From contig JAUSIT010000028.1 in NCBI GenBank assembly GCA_030647965.1, forward strand, positions 1-49,584: a stretch of DNA of 49,584 nucleotides, read 5' to 3'. Made by a program: the position numbers and the translations under genes. The notes beneath the pieces were generated by a model. It made no database searches. It saw only the letters and a program-made list of their open reading frames with translations, and was not told where the DNA came from. Shown in pieces: positions 7,339-17,166 of this stretch; the first letter of the stretch is position 1; each line of letters starts with the position of its first letter. The stretch comes from Nanobdellota archaeon (GTDB taxonomy: Archaea; Nanobdellota; Nanobdellia; Pacearchaeales; GW2011-AR1).

Positions 7339-8289
7339 ATGCCACCACATAAAACAAAAGATGGAAGCTTGCAAATCTGGCCTAGAAAAAGGGCAGAAAA
7401 GATTTTACCTGGTGTGAACTGGAAAGAAATTGGCAAGACTTCTAATAAAAAAGGTCTTCAGGGTTTTATTGGATATAAAGTTGGAATGACTTCTGTTTTT
7501 GTTAAAGATAATACAAATCATTCAATGACAAAAGGAAAAAAGATTACTGTTCCTGCAACAATTATTGAATGCCCTGCAATGAAAATTTATTCTGTTAGAT
7601 TTTACAAAGAAGGCGTTGTAGCAAAAGATGTTATTGTTGGCTTTGATGATGAATTAAAAAATAAATTAAAAAAACCAAAAAAAATTGAAGGAAAAATAGA
7701 GGATGAAAAAGATTTTGAGGATGTGAGAATTATTGTTTATTCTAATGTAAAAACAACTAGTGTAAAAAAAACACCTGATTTAATTGAACTTGCTTTGGCT
7801 GGAACAAATGAAGAAAAAATAAAATTCATAAAAGAAAAAATAGGAAAAGAAATTTTTATTTCAGATGTATTTCAAGAAGGATTAGTTGATGTAAGGGGAG
7901 TTACAACAGGTTATGGATTTCAAGGTCCAATGAGAAGATTTGGAATTGGATTAAAAAGCCATAAGTCTGAAAAAGGAAGAAGAAGACCAGGAAGCTTGGC
8001 CCCATGGCATCCAGCAAGAGTAACTTTTAGAACAGCAATGGCAGGACAGACAGGATTTTTCACAAGAATTGTTTATAATAATTTAATATTGCAAATAGGA
8101 AAAATAAAAGATAATAATATTAACCAAAGTGGCGGATTTCATAAATATGGAAATATTAAAACAGACTTTATTATTTTAAGAGGATCTGTACAAGGATCTA
8201 CAAAAAGACCATTATTAATGACTCCTGCAATAAGGCCAACAAAAGAACAATCTAAAAAGAAATTTGAGGTAATTGAATTAAGACCATGA
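7339..8289 (+). CDS. rpl3: 50S ribosomal protein L3 (uL3)
   Basis: GSLQIWPRKRA, GYKVGMT, GFQGPMRRFG, AGQTG. Confidence 0.97.
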   Translation: MPPHKTKDGSLQIWPRKRAEKILPGVNWKEIGKTSNKKGLQGFIGYKVGMTSVFVKDNTNHSMTKGKKITVPATIIECPAMKIYSVRFYKEGVVAKDVIVGFDDELKNKLKKPKKIEGKIEDEKDFEDVRIIVYSNVKTTSVKKTPDLIELALAGTNEEKIKFIKEKIGKEIFISDVFQEGLVDVRGVTTGYGFQGPMRRFGIGLKSHKSEKGRRRPGSLAPWHPARVTFRTAMAGQTGFFTRIVYNNLILQIGKIKDNNINQSGGFHKYGNIKTDFIILRGSVQGSTKRPLLMTPAIRPTKEQSKKKFEVIELRP

Positions 8290-9068
8290 AAGCAAAAATA
8301 TATGATAAAACAGGGAATGCAATTAAAGAAATAGAATTACCTGTAAATTTTTCTTCTCCAATGAGATATGATATTTTACAAAAAACATTTGAAGCTAAAA
8401 AAGTAAAACAAGCAATGGGTAATTTCCCATGGGCAGGAATGCTTTATTCTGCTTCTGGTATTTTAAAACATAGAAGACATGCTTGGAAAACAGCATATGG
8501 GAAAGGAATTTCAAGAATACCAAGAAAAATAATGTCAAGAAGCGGAGATAGCTTTAATTGGGTTGGAGCAACTGTTGCAAACACAAGAGGTGGAAGACAA
8601 GCACATCCTCCAAAAGCAGAAGAAAATCAATTTAGAAAAATAAACAAAAAAGAAATGACAATTGCATTTAATTCAGCATTTACAGGAACAGCAAATAACA
8701 AATATATTGAAGAAAAATACAAAATAAAAACAGATATCTTGCCTGTAATTTTTAATTCTGAAATTTTAAATTTAAAAACAAAAGAATTTTTAGGTGTTTT
8801 AAGAAAAATTTTCAAAGATGCATCTGAAAAAATTCTAAAGAAAAGAGCAGTAAGAGCAGGAAAAGGAAAAACAAGAGGAAGAAAATACAAAAGAAATGCA
8901 GGATTGCTTTTTGTAATTGCATCTGACGAAGAAATGAAAAGAACAGGAATTGATGTTGTTAAAGTAAAAGATTTGCAATTAAGAAATCTTGCTCCAAACG
9001 GACAGCCAGGAAGATTTGCAGGATATACTGAAAAAGCAATAAAAGAAATAGGAGAAAAATTCAAATGA
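8286..9068 (+). CDS. rpl4: 50S ribosomal protein L4 (uL4)
   Basis: GKGISRIPR, TRGGRQAHPPK, RAGKGKTRGRKY, LAPNGQPGR. Confidence 0.96.
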   Translation: MKAKIYDKTGNAIKEIELPVNFSSPMRYDILQKTFEAKKVKQAMGNFPWAGMLYSASGILKHRRHAWKTAYGKGISRIPRKIMSRSGDSFNWVGATVANTRGGRQAHPPKAEENQFRKINKKEMTIAFNSAFTGTANNKYIEEKYKIKTDILPVIFNSEILNLKTKEFLGVLRKIFKDASEKILKKRAVRAGKGKTRGRKYKRNAGLLFVIASDEEMKRTGIDVVKVKDLQLRNLAPNGQPGRFAGYTEKAIKEIGEKFK

Positions 9069-9310
9069 TAATCCAAAAAATAAAATCAACAGAAAAAATT
9101 GTAAGAATGATTGAAACAACAAACACTCTTGCTTTTGAAACAGACAGGCAATTTAAAAAACCAGAAATAAAAGCAGAAATTGAAAAAATGTTTAGTGTAA
9201 AAGTTGAATCTGTAAATTCACACAACAGAAAAAACAAAAAAATAGTATATGTTAAATTAAAACCTGAATTTCAGGCAGTTGATATCGCAACTAAATTGGG
9301 GTTAATCTAA
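9065..9310 (+). CDS. rpl23: 50S ribosomal protein L23 (uL23)
   Basis: TEK..., KPEIKAEIEKMFSVKVESVN, A.DIATKLG; synteny. Confidence 0.95.
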   Translation: MIIQKIKSTEKIVRMIETTNTLAFETDRQFKKPEIKAEIEKMFSVKVESVNSHNRKNKKIVYVKLKPEFQAVDIATKLGLI

Positions 9311-10005
9311 TGGGAAAGAGAATTATTCAACAGGCAAGAGGGCATGGAGGCCCTGTTTATAGAGTTAGAAGAAAAGCTTTTAGCATAAAGCCCTCATATT
9401 TAACAAACTTATCAGGGGAATTTGAAATTGTAAAATTAATACTTTCAGCAGGACACTCTGCACCAATTATAAAATTAAAAGCAGGAGACAAAGTATTTTA
9501 TAACTTGGCTGCAAATGGATTATACCAAGGACAAAAAATAAAAATCGGCGGAACAGAAAACGGAGATATTACTGAATTAAAAAATTTAAAAAATGGAACA
9601 TTTGTTTTTAATGTCGAAAATAGATCAAAAGATGGTGGGAAATTTATAAGAACAGGTGGAAACTCAGGAATTATAGTTAATCAAGGACCAGGTTATGTAG
9701 GTATAAAAATGCCTTCAAAGCAAGAAAGAAAATTTAATCCAGATTGCAGAGCAACTATTGGAATTATTGCTGGCGACGGAAGACAGGAAAAACCAATTGT
9801 AAAAGCTGGCAAGAACTTTTATATTAAAGGAGCTAAATCAAAACTTTGGCCTAGAACATCTGCAATTAAGATGAATGCAATTGACCATCCATTTGGGGGC
9901 GGTAGAGGAAAGAGAATCAAGAGCAAGATTTGCAAGACAAACTCACCTCCAGGAGCAAAGGTTGGATTGTTAAGACCAAGAAGAACAGGAAGGAAGAAAA
10001 AGTAA
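9310..10005 (+). CDS. rpl2: 50S ribosomal protein L2 (uL2)
   Basis: [29 protein letters not shown]. Confidence 0.97.
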   Translation: MGKRIIQQARGHGGPVYRVRRKAFSIKPSYLTNLSGEFEIVKLILSAGHSAPIIKLKAGDKVFYNLAANGLYQGQKIKIGGTENGDITELKNLKNGTFVFNVENRSKDGGKFIRTGGNSGIIVNQGPGYVGIKMPSKQERKFNPDCRATIGIIAGDGRQEKPIVKAGKNFYIKGAKSKLWPRTSAIKMNAIDHPFGGGRGKRIKSKICKTNSPPGAKVGLLRPRRTGRKKK

Positions 10006-10006
10006 A

Positions 10007-10426
10007 ATGGAAATAGAAAATAAAAACCCTGCAATGGAACAGAAAAAACAGAAATTGTTTAAAGGTAAGCCTATGGACGAATGGAAAAAGGTAGATGTAA
10101 GAGAATTTGCAAAATATTTGAAATCAAGACCAAGAAGAGCAATTTTGAGAAATTCAGATGTTATAAATAATTTTGTAAAAAGAACTGAAAAAAAGATTGC
10201 AAGAAACAAGCAAATAAAAACTCATAGAAGAGATATTGTTATTGTTCCTGCTTTAGTCGGATTAGCTATTCAAATTCACAACGGAAAAGAATTTGCTCCA
10301 GTAGTAATTACTGAAGAAATGGTAGGACATAGATTAGGAGAATTCGCACTTACAAGAAAAGCTGTTAAACATGGTGCAGCAGGTATTGGAGCAACTAAAT
10401 CAAGTTCAGCACTGTCTGTTAAATAA
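10007..10426 (+). CDS. rps19: 30S ribosomal protein S19 (uS19)
   Basis: [35 protein letters not shown]. Confidence 0.97.
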   Translation: MEIENKNPAMEQKKQKLFKGKPMDEWKKVDVREFAKYLKSRPRRAILRNSDVINNFVKRTEKKIARNKQIKTHRRDIVIVPALVGLAIQIHNGKEFAPVVITEEMVGHRLGEFALTRKAVKHGAAGIGATKSSSALSVK

Positions 10427-11058
10427 TGGTAGAAAAAATTAAAGAAAATAAAATGAAGAAAGAAGAAATTAAAAATGAAAAGATAGTTGAAGCTAAAGTT
10501 GAAAATAAAGAAGTTAAAACAGAAACAAACAAAGAAACAAAAGTTGAAGAAAATAAAACTGATAAAAAAACTGAAGAAAAAAAGACAGACGATAAAAAAG
10601 AAGGAAAAAAAGAAACTCCAAAAAAACAAGAAGTAAAACCAAAAGAAATAGCAATTGTTCAAGGAATTTCATTAAGAATAAGCCCAAAATATTCATGGGC
10701 AATATGCAGAGCAATTAAATGGAAATCAACTGAAAATGCAATTGCATTTTTAGAAGATGTTATAAGAAAGAAAAAAGCAGTTCGAATGAATAATTTAGAA
10801 ATTGGACATAGAAAAGGAAAAGGAATGATGGCTGGAAGGTATCCTTTAAATGCATCAAAAGAATTTATATTATTATTAAAACAATTAAAAGCAAATGCTT
10901 CTGTTAATGGAATAGACAACCCAGTAATAACTTTAATAAAAGCAAACAGAGCTTCAAGACCTCATAAAAGAGAAGGAAAGAGAGGAAAAAGAACTCATGT
11001 TTATATAGAAGCAAAAGACAGAACTAAATTCAATAGAGAAAGAAAAGGAAAGAAATAA
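10426..11058 (+). CDS. rpl22: 50S ribosomal protein L22 (uL22) with K/E-rich N-terminal extension
   Basis: ISPKYSWAICRAIK, GRYP, NA..NG; first ~70 aa low complexity. Confidence 0.95.
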   Translation: MVEKIKENKMKKEEIKNEKIVEAKVENKEVKTETNKETKVEENKTDKKTEEKKTDDKKEGKKETPKKQEVKPKEIAIVQGISLRISPKYSWAICRAIKWKSTENAIAFLEDVIRKKKAVRMNNLEIGHRKGKGMMAGRYPLNASKEFILLLKQLKANASVNGIDNPVITLIKANRASRPHKREGKRGKRTHVYIEAKDRTKFNRERKGKK

Positions 11059-11059
11059 A

Positions 11060-11740
11060 ATGGAAGAACAAAAATTCGTAAATGTTAGAAAGGACGAATA
11101 CAACTTAAAGCAATTTGTAAAAAAAACATTTGGAAAAGGAAAAGTAAGTAGAGTTAAAATAGAATATACTCCTGTTGGAGAAAAAATTATAATTTCAACA
11201 CACAGACCTGGATTAATCATCGGAAAAAGTGGAGAAAGCATTGCAAAACTTACAGAAGTACTTAAAAAAAGTTTTAAGATGGAAAATCCACATGTAGATA
11301 TAAATGAAATAAAATATCCTGAATTTGATGCTCAAATTATTGCAGATGAAATTGCTTTATTATTAGAAAGATTTGGTTCAATGAGATTTAAATCAATCAG
11401 CTATAAAATGCTAATGAGAATCAAAAAAGCAGGAGCTTTAGGATGTGAAATTAAAACTTCTGGAAAATTACCAAGTGATAGAGCAAAATCATGGAGATTT
11501 GCATTTGGTTATTTGAAAAAAACAGGAGATTGTTCAAAAGTTGTAGACAGAGCAATGAGTGTTGCAGAAACAAAACAAGGAGTTATTGGAATTAAAGTAG
11601 CAATTCTTGCACCTGATGCAAAGATTCACGATAAAATTGAATTAAATGAAGATTTATTAAATCAAATTAAAAGAAATGCAGCATTTACAGAAGAAGTTGT
11701 AGTAGTTAAAAAATCTAAAAAGAAAAAAATAATAAAGTAA
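11060..11740 (+). CDS. rps3: 30S ribosomal protein S3 (uS3)
   Basis: TPVGEKI, RPGLIIGKSG, GALGCEI..SGKL, GVIGIKV. Confidence 0.97.
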   Translation: MEEQKFVNVRKDEYNLKQFVKKTFGKGKVSRVKIEYTPVGEKIIISTHRPGLIIGKSGESIAKLTEVLKKSFKMENPHVDINEIKYPEFDAQIIADEIALLLERFGSMRFKSISYKMLMRIKKAGALGCEIKTSGKLPSDRAKSWRFAFGYLKKTGDCSKVVDRAMSVAETKQGVIGIKVAILAPDAKIHDKIELNEDLLNQIKRNAAFTEEVVVVKKSKKKKIIK

Positions 11741-11741
11741 C

Positions 11742-11912
11742 ATGGCAAAACAAAAAACAAATTTAAGTGAAAAAGAAATTGAAAGTAAATTAGAAGAATT
11801 AAAAATAGAACAATTAAAAAATCCAACTAAAAAGAAAAAGATTAAAAGGGAAATAGCAAGATTATTAACTATAAAATCAACTAAAATTGCGGAGAAAACT
11901 AAAAATAAATGA
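11742..11912 (+). CDS. rpl29: 50S ribosomal protein L29 (uL29), 56 aa, absent from ORF track
   Basis: Manual translation ...EIESKLEELKIEQLKNPTKKKKIKREIARLLTI...; canonical position; ATGA overlap with next gene. Confidence 0.9.
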   Translation: MAKQKTNLSEKEIESKLEELKIEQLKNPTKKKKIKREIARLLTIKSTKIAEKTKNK

Positions 11913-12205
11913 ACATATGTCCAAAGTGTGGTTTGCCTGTACAAGCCTGTGTTTGTGAAGAAATAGCAAAGACAAATCAACAAATTGTTGTTCAAACAGA
12001 GAAAAGGGCGTTTGGCAAAATATCCACAATAATAAGCGGATTAAAAAACGTTGACATTAAAGAAATCGCAAAAAATCTGAAAACAGAATTGGCTTGCGGT
12101 GGAACAATGAAAAACGACGTGATTGTCCTTCAAGGAAATCATAGGGGAAAAATAAAACCTGTATTAATGAGGATGGGTTTTGACGCATCCCAAATAAGAG
12201 AGTAA
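11909..12205 (+). CDS. sui1: Translation initiation factor aIF1 (SUI1)
   Basis: CPKCGLP..CVCEEIAK, LKTELACGGT, LQGNHR. Confidence 0.95.
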   Translation: MNICPKCGLPVQACVCEEIAKTNQQIVVQTEKRAFGKISTIISGLKNVDIKEIAKNLKTELACGGTMKNDVIVLQGNHRGKIKPVLMRMGFDASQIRE

Positions 12206-12219
12206 AAATAAAAAATAAA

Positions 12220-12594
12220 ATGGCAAAACAAAAAACAGAAACAAAGGAAAAGGAAAAAGCAGTTGTAAAAACTGGCAAAACTAGCTGTGCTGATAAATTA
12301 TGTCCATTCCATGGAATAGAACCTGTAAAATTAAGAGGAAGAATCTTTGAAGGAGAAATAATTAAAAAATTTCCAGGAAGAGTTGTTATTCAATTTGAAA
12401 GAATGTTATATGTTCCAAAATATGAAAGATATGAAAAAAGAAAAACAAAATTACATGCAAGATTGCCTGACTGCTTAAAAGATACAATGCAAGTTGGAGA
12501 TTATATAAAAATTGCAGAATGCAGACCATTGAGCAAAATTATACATTGCATTGCAACTGAAAAAATAAGAAGTAAAGGAGGAAAATTAACATGA
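12220..12594 (+). CDS. rps17: 30S ribosomal protein S17 (uS17)
   Basis: CPFHG, RGRIFEG, PKYERYEKR, ECRPLSK. Confidence 0.97.
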   Translation: MAKQKTETKEKEKAVVKTGKTSCADKLCPFHGIEPVKLRGRIFEGEIIKKFPGRVVIQFERMLYVPKYERYEKRKTKLHARLPDCLKDTMQVGDYIKIAECRPLSKIIHCIATEKIRSKGGKLT

Positions 12595-12992
12595 AAGCAA
12601 TAAGCGCAAGAACAACACGAGGATTAAATTTAGGAAGTGTAGTTGATGCAGCAGATAACAGCGGAGCAAGAAAAGTAAGAATAGTTTCTGTAAAACATGG
12701 AAAAGGAACAAAAGGAAGACAAATAGCTGCAAAAGTTGCTGATTGGGTTAAAGTATCTGTAAGAAAAGGAGATCCAAAAATGAAAGGCGAAGTATTTGAT
12801 GCAGTTGTTGTAAGACAAAGAAGAACATGGAAAAGAAACACAGGAGAAACAGTTGGATTCATGGATAATGCTGTTGTTTTATTAAAAGACGATAAAGGAA
12901 ATCCAAAAGGCACACAGATTAAAGGACCTGTTGCAAGAGAAGTTCAGGAAAGATGGAAGGAAGTAGCTAAACTAGCTACAGTGGTGTATTAA
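12591..12992 (+). CDS. rpl14: 50S ribosomal protein L14 (uL14)
   Basis: ADNSGA, AVVVRQR, DNAVVL, PKGTQIKGPVARE. Confidence 0.97.
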   Translation: MKAISARTTRGLNLGSVVDAADNSGARKVRIVSVKHGKGTKGRQIAAKVADWVKVSVRKGDPKMKGEVFDAVVVRQRRTWKRNTGETVGFMDNAVVLLKDDKGNPKGTQIKGPVAREVQERWKEVAKLATVVY

Positions 12993-12993
12993 T

Positions 12994-13052
12994 ATGAAAA
13001 ATAAAAATTTTTCAAATACTCGCTTGTGGAGGACAAGCTTCGTATAATGAAA
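12994..13052 (+). repeat. Two-hairpin element at the rpl24 start codon
   Basis: 24 nt identical to 15329-15352; bounded by ATGAAA direct repeats. Confidence 0.9.
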
Positions 13053-13538
13053 CAAAAATTCAGTATGAAATGGAGATCAAGCAAGCAACCTCGAAAACAG
13101 AGGAAATTCATAGCAAATGCTCCAATGCATATTAAAAGAAAAATGTTAACAGTTACTCTTGAAAAAGAATTAAGAAAAAAATATGGAAGAAGAAATATTG
13201 AAGTAAGAAAAAATGATGAAGTAAAAATCATGACAGGAAAATTCAAGAAAAAACAAGGAAAAGTTATTGAAGTTAATGTAAAAAAAATGAAAATATATAT
13301 TGAAGGAATACAAATTACAAAAAAAGAAGGAACAAAAGTGGGAGTAGGAATCCATCCTTCAAACCTGAAGATTATTTCATTAAATACAGACGATAAAAAA
13401 AGAATGAAACAAAGAAATGAGAAGAAAACAGGAGAAAAGACTGAAAATAAAAACGAAAAGAAAATGGAAAATAAAATAAAAACAGAAAAAACTCAAACTA
13501 AACAAACTGGAGAACAAAATGCACCTAAAAAGAAATAA
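13047..13538 (+). CDS. rpl24: 50S ribosomal protein L24 (uL24) with K/E-rich C-tail
   Basis: SKQPRKQRK...NAP.H, LRKKYG, IHPSNL; ATG 13047 preferred. Confidence 0.96.
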   Translation: MKQKFSMKWRSSKQPRKQRKFIANAPMHIKRKMLTVTLEKELRKKYGRRNIEVRKNDEVKIMTGKFKKKQGKVIEVNVKKMKIYIEGIQITKKEGTKVGVGIHPSNLKIISLNTDDKKRMKQRNEKKTGEKTENKNEKKMENKIKTEKTQTKQTGEQNAPKKK

Positions 13539-14169
13539 AATGCCTATTGTTTGGCCAATAAGAAGGAAAGGAACAAAATACATAGCAGTAGCTAGTCATT
13601 CAAGAACAAAATCAATCCCAGTATTATTTATTCTTAGAGACATGCTTGGACTTGTTCAAACAAGAAAAGAAGCAAAATATTTTGTTTTAAATGGAAATGT
13701 AAAAATAAATAATAAAATAAGAAAAGATGAAAAATTCCCTGTTTTATTTTTTGATACTTTAAGTTTTGAAAAAACAAAGAAAAATTACAGATTAGAAATT
13801 GTAAACAAAAAATACAAATTAAAAGAAATTTCCGATGCAGAAGCAAACAAAAAAATTGTAAAAATCATTGGCAAAAAAATTATTGATAAAAATAAAATAC
13901 AAATGAATTTAGAAGACGGACAAAATTTCTTTATGAAAGAAAAATTCGCTTTAGGAGATTCTGTTATAGTAGATACAAAACAAAATAAAGTTGAAAAAAT
14001 ACTTGAACTTAAAATTGGAGCAAAATTATTAATTATTGGTGGAAAACATCTTGGAGAATCTGGAAAATTAAAAGAAATTATTCCATTTGAAAGAGAGAAA
14101 AAATATAAAATTCAATTAAAAGATAAGGAAGTAATTCTTCCTGGGAAAACCTTTTTGGTTGTAGATTAA
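13519..14169 (+). CDS. rps4e: 30S ribosomal protein S4e (eS4)
   Basis: MHLKR...W.I.RK, LRDMLG, GGKHLG. Confidence 0.95.
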   Translation: MHLKRNKMPIVWPIRRKGTKYIAVASHSRTKSIPVLFILRDMLGLVQTRKEAKYFVLNGNVKINNKIRKDEKFPVLFFDTLSFEKTKKNYRLEIVNKKYKLKEISDAEANKKIVKIIGKKIIDKNKIQMNLEDGQNFFMKEKFALGDSVIVDTKQNKVEKILELKIGAKLLIIGGKHLGESGKLKEIIPFEREKKYKIQLKDKEVILPGKTFLVVD

Positions 14170-14170
14170 A

Positions 14171-14692
14171 ATGAAAGAAAATTCAATGAGGGACGTTAAA
14201 ATAGAAAAAGTGATTTTAAATGTAGGCGGGACTGGAGATAAACTTGAAAAAGGATTTATTTTACTTCAAACACTATCTGGAAAAAAACCAATAAAAATCA
14301 AAGCAAAAAAAAGAATTCCTACTTGGGGAGTAAGACCTGGATTAGAAGTTGGAACTAAGATTACTTTAAGAGGAGAAGATGCTGAAAAGATGATTAACAA
14401 AGTATTGCCTGCAATTGATAATGTATTAAAAGAAAGACAAATCAAAGATAATTTTGTTTCTTTTGGAATACCTGAATATATTGAAATTCCTGGAATGGAA
14501 TATATCAGAGAAGTTGGAATTATGGGTTTTGAAATTACTATTGTTTTCACAAGATCTGGAAAAAGAATTGAAAGAAAGAAAATAAAGAGAGGCGATGCAA
14601 AAAGACAAAAAGTAAGTGCAGAAGAAATTAAAAAAATTATGATAGATAAGTTTAAAACTAAAATTATAGCTAAGGGAGGAAGAGAACAATGA
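14171..14692 (+). CDS. rpl5: 50S ribosomal protein L5 (uL5)
   Basis: [29 protein letters not shown]. Confidence 0.97.
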   Translation: MKENSMRDVKIEKVILNVGGTGDKLEKGFILLQTLSGKKPIKIKAKKRIPTWGVRPGLEVGTKITLRGEDAEKMINKVLPAIDNVLKERQIKDNFVSFGIPEYIEIPGMEYIREVGIMGFEITIVFTRSGKRIERKKIKRGDAKRQKVSAEEIKKIMIDKFKTKIIAKGGREQ

Positions 14693-14919
14693 CTGCAAGT
14701 GATTGGAATAAAGTAACTAAGCAGTTGAAAAACAAACCAGTTATATTAAAGAAATTTACAAAACATAATAAACCAAAAGTAAGAAAATTTGGAATCTCTT
14801 CAAAAAAATGCGAAAATTGCGGAAGATTCGGAGCCCATGTGGGACAATATGGATTAAATTTATGCAGGCAGTGTTTTAGAGAGCTTGCAGTTGAACTAGG
14901 GTTCAAGAAATATAGTTAG
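14689..14919 (+). CDS. rps14: 30S ribosomal protein S14 (uS14, Zn-type)
   Basis: CENCG...[18 protein letters not shown]. Confidence 0.97.
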   Translation: MTASDWNKVTKQLKNKPVILKKFTKHNKPKVRKFGISSKKCENCGRFGAHVGQYGLNLCRQCFRELAVELGFKKYS

Positions 14920-14927
14920 GAGTCAAA

Positions 14928-15299
14928 ATGTCACATGATGTAATTGCTGATGCGCTAAACCAAATAATGAATGCTAAGAAAGTAGAACATAAAGAAGTTC
15001 AAATTAAAATGTTTTCCAAACCACTTATAGAACTATTAACTATAATGAAAAAAAGAGGGCATATTGATTTTACAAAAGAAGACGACAAAATTACAATTAA
15101 AATATTAAATGTAAATGAATGCAAGGCAATAAAACCAAGATATTTTGTAAGAGTAGTTGATATTGACAAATACTTAAAGAGATTTTTGCCTTCAAGAAAT
15201 TTTGGAACAATGATTATTTCTACAAACAAAGGTTTAATGGACCAATTTCAAGCTGAAGAAAATAAATTAGGAGGAAGCTTAATTGCTTATTTCTATTAA
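14928..15299 (+). CDS. rps8: 30S ribosomal protein S8 (uS8)
   Basis: D.IADAL, IKPRY, FLPSRNFG..IISTNKGLM, GG.LIAYFY. Confidence 0.97.
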   Translation: MSHDVIADALNQIMNAKKVEHKEVQIKMFSKPLIELLTIMKKRGHIDFTKEDDKITIKILNVNECKAIKPRYFVRVVDIDKYLKRFLPSRNFGTMIISTNKGLMDQFQAEENKLGGSLIAYFY

Positions 15300-15303
15300 G
15301 AAT

Positions 15304-15364
15304 ATGAAAATTTCATTAAATTTTCAATTACTCGCTTGTGGAGGACAAGCTTTGTACCATGAAA
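15304..15364 (+). repeat. Two-hairpin element at the rpl6 start codon
   Basis: Second copy of the 12994-13052 element. Confidence 0.9.
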
Positions 15365-15904
15365 CGAGATATTGAAGAAATTATAGAAATCCCAGAAGGC
15401 ATTGAACTTAGTTTGAACAATTTTGAAATAATTGTAAAATCAAAGGGTAAAGAATCAAAAAAAGCATTTGTTTTGCCTAATACAATTAAAATTGTAAAAG
15501 ACAATAAAATATTAAAATTAATTGCAAAAAATTCAACAAAAAGAGAATCAAAACTAATTGGAACAACTGTTGCACATATAGAAAATATGATTAATGGAAT
15601 GAATGAAGAATTTGAATATAAATTAGAAATATGTAATGTACACTTTCCAATGAATGTCAAAGTTGAAGGAAATAGAATGATAATTAAGAATTTTTTAGGC
15701 GAAAAAGTTGACAGAATTGCAAAAATACTGCCTGGAGTTAAAGTAGAAGTTAAAGGAAACAAAGTAGATATAACTTCACATAATAGAGAAGCTGCAGGAC
15801 AAACAGCTGCAAATGTTGAAACAGCAACAAAAGTTAGAGGAAGAGATAGAAGAATTTTCCAAGATGGAATATTTTTAACAGAAAAATGTGGGAGGAAGAT
15901 ATAA
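15359..15904 (+). CDS. rpl6: 50S ribosomal protein L6 (uL6)
   Basis: AHIENMING, HFPM, NFLGEK, GQTAAN, DRRIFQDGI. Confidence 0.97.
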   Translation: MKRDIEEIIEIPEGIELSLNNFEIIVKSKGKESKKAFVLPNTIKIVKDNKILKLIAKNSTKRESKLIGTTVAHIENMINGMNEEFEYKLEICNVHFPMNVKVEGNRMIIKNFLGEKVDRIAKILPGVKVEVKGNKVDITSHNREAAGQTAANVETATKVRGRDRRIFQDGIFLTEKCGRKI

Positions 15905-16287
15905 TGGCCATTAAAAGAAAAAAACCAAAATTTTTCAGAAAAGATTGGAATAAAAAATTAAGATTAGGATCAAAACAAAAGAGCAAAAGAAAATGGAAAG
16001 CTGCAAAAGGTGGAGACAATAAAATAAGATTAAAGAGAAGAGGATATGCACAAAAAGTTGCAATTGGCTGGGGCGCTGACAAAAAAATAAAAGGAAAAGT
16101 TGAAGGATTTAATGTGGCTTATATCAGTGTATTAAAAGAAGTTGAAAATGTGAAAAAAGGAGAAGCAATAATTATAAATAAAAATATGGGCAAAAGAAAA
16201 AGAAAAGAAATAATTGACAAAGCAAATCAAAAAGGAATTAAAATTTTAAATAAATACAGGAAAAAAAACGATGCAATTAGCAAATAA
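15904..16287 (+). CDS. rpl32e: 50S ribosomal protein L32e (eL32)
   Basis: KPKFFR.D, W...KG.DNK.R, IG.G, I..LN; synteny. Confidence 0.93.
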   Translation: MAIKRKKPKFFRKDWNKKLRLGSKQKSKRKWKAAKGGDNKIRLKRRGYAQKVAIGWGADKKIKGKVEGFNVAYISVLKEVENVKKGEAIIINKNMGKRKRKEIIDKANQKGIKILNKYRKKNDAISK

Positions 16288-16675
16288 AAAAGCATTGGCT
16301 GCAAAAGTATTGAAAGTTGGAAAGTATAGAATTATCTTTATGGAAGAAAGTCTAAATGAAATAAAAGAAGCAATAACAAGACAAGATATTTCAGATTTAT
16401 ACAAGTCAGGGGCAATAAAAATAAGAGAAATTAGAGGAAGAAGAAAAGCAGTAAAAAGAAAACATAGAAGAGGCGTTGGAAAAGTAAAGAAAAAAGTCAA
16501 AAATTCAAAACAAGAATATGTAAAATTAACAAGAAAATTAAGAACATATGCAAAATTTTTGGTAAAAACTAAAAAAATAAATCCTGAAAAATACAGAAAA
16601 ATAAGAAAAATGATTAAAGCAAAAAGATTCAAGAGCAAAAGACATTTAAATGAAGGTTTAGGAGAAATTCAATGA
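16271..16675 (+). CDS. rpl19e: 50S ribosomal protein L19e (eL19)
   Basis: LAAKVLKVG, AITRQDI, RRGVG; synteny. Confidence 0.94.
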   Translation: MQLANKKALAAKVLKVGKYRIIFMEESLNEIKEAITRQDISDLYKSGAIKIREIRGRRKAVKRKHRRGVGKVKKKVKNSKQEYVKLTRKLRTYAKFLVKTKKINPEKYRKIRKMIKAKRFKSKRHLNEGLGEIQ

Positions 16676-17166
16676 GCTTAAGAACACTAAAGAGAAGAAG
16701 ATTGGAAAAGAAAACTGACTACAAGTTAAGAATGGGATTACTAAAATCAAAAAACCCAAGAATTGTAATTAGAAAAACAAACAAATATATTATTCTTCAG
16801 GTAGTTGAAAGCAAAGAATCTCAAGATAAAATTTCAACAGGAGTTACATCAAAAGACTTATTGGAAAATGGATGGGATAAAAAATATGAAGGTTCATTAA
16901 AATCAATACCTGCAGCATATTTAACAGGATTATTATTAGCTAAAAAAGTTGGAAAAGGCAAATTTATAATTGATATGGGTATGTTAAAGAATATTGCAGG
17001 TTCAAGAATTTATGCTGCTGCAAAAGGATTAGTTGATGGCGGATTAGATATAAACATTAATGAATCTGTATTTCCTCCTGAAGAAAGATTAAACGGCGAA
17101 CACTTAAAAGATGAATTAAAATCTCTAATTAAAAAAGTTAAGGATAAATTGAAAAATGGAAAATGA
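16672..17166 (+). CDS. rpl18: 50S ribosomal protein L18 (uL18)
   Basis: RRR.EKKTDY..R, RKTNK, PAAYLTGLL, KG.VDGGL. Confidence 0.96.
   Translation: MSLRTLKRRRLEKKTDYKLRMGLLKSKNPRIVIRKTNKYIILQVVESKESQDKISTGVTSKDLLENGWDKKYEGSLKSIPAAYLTGLLLAKKVGKGKFIIDMGMLKNIAGSRIYAAAKGLVDGGLDININESVFPPEERLNGEHLKDELKSLIKKVKDKLKNGK

Noticed and set aside
13026-15358. Shared MEDKL N-terminus of uL24 and uL6 from GTG starts in the ORF track
   Set aside because: Produced by the repeated hairpin; the downstream ATGs (13047, 15359) match family starts.
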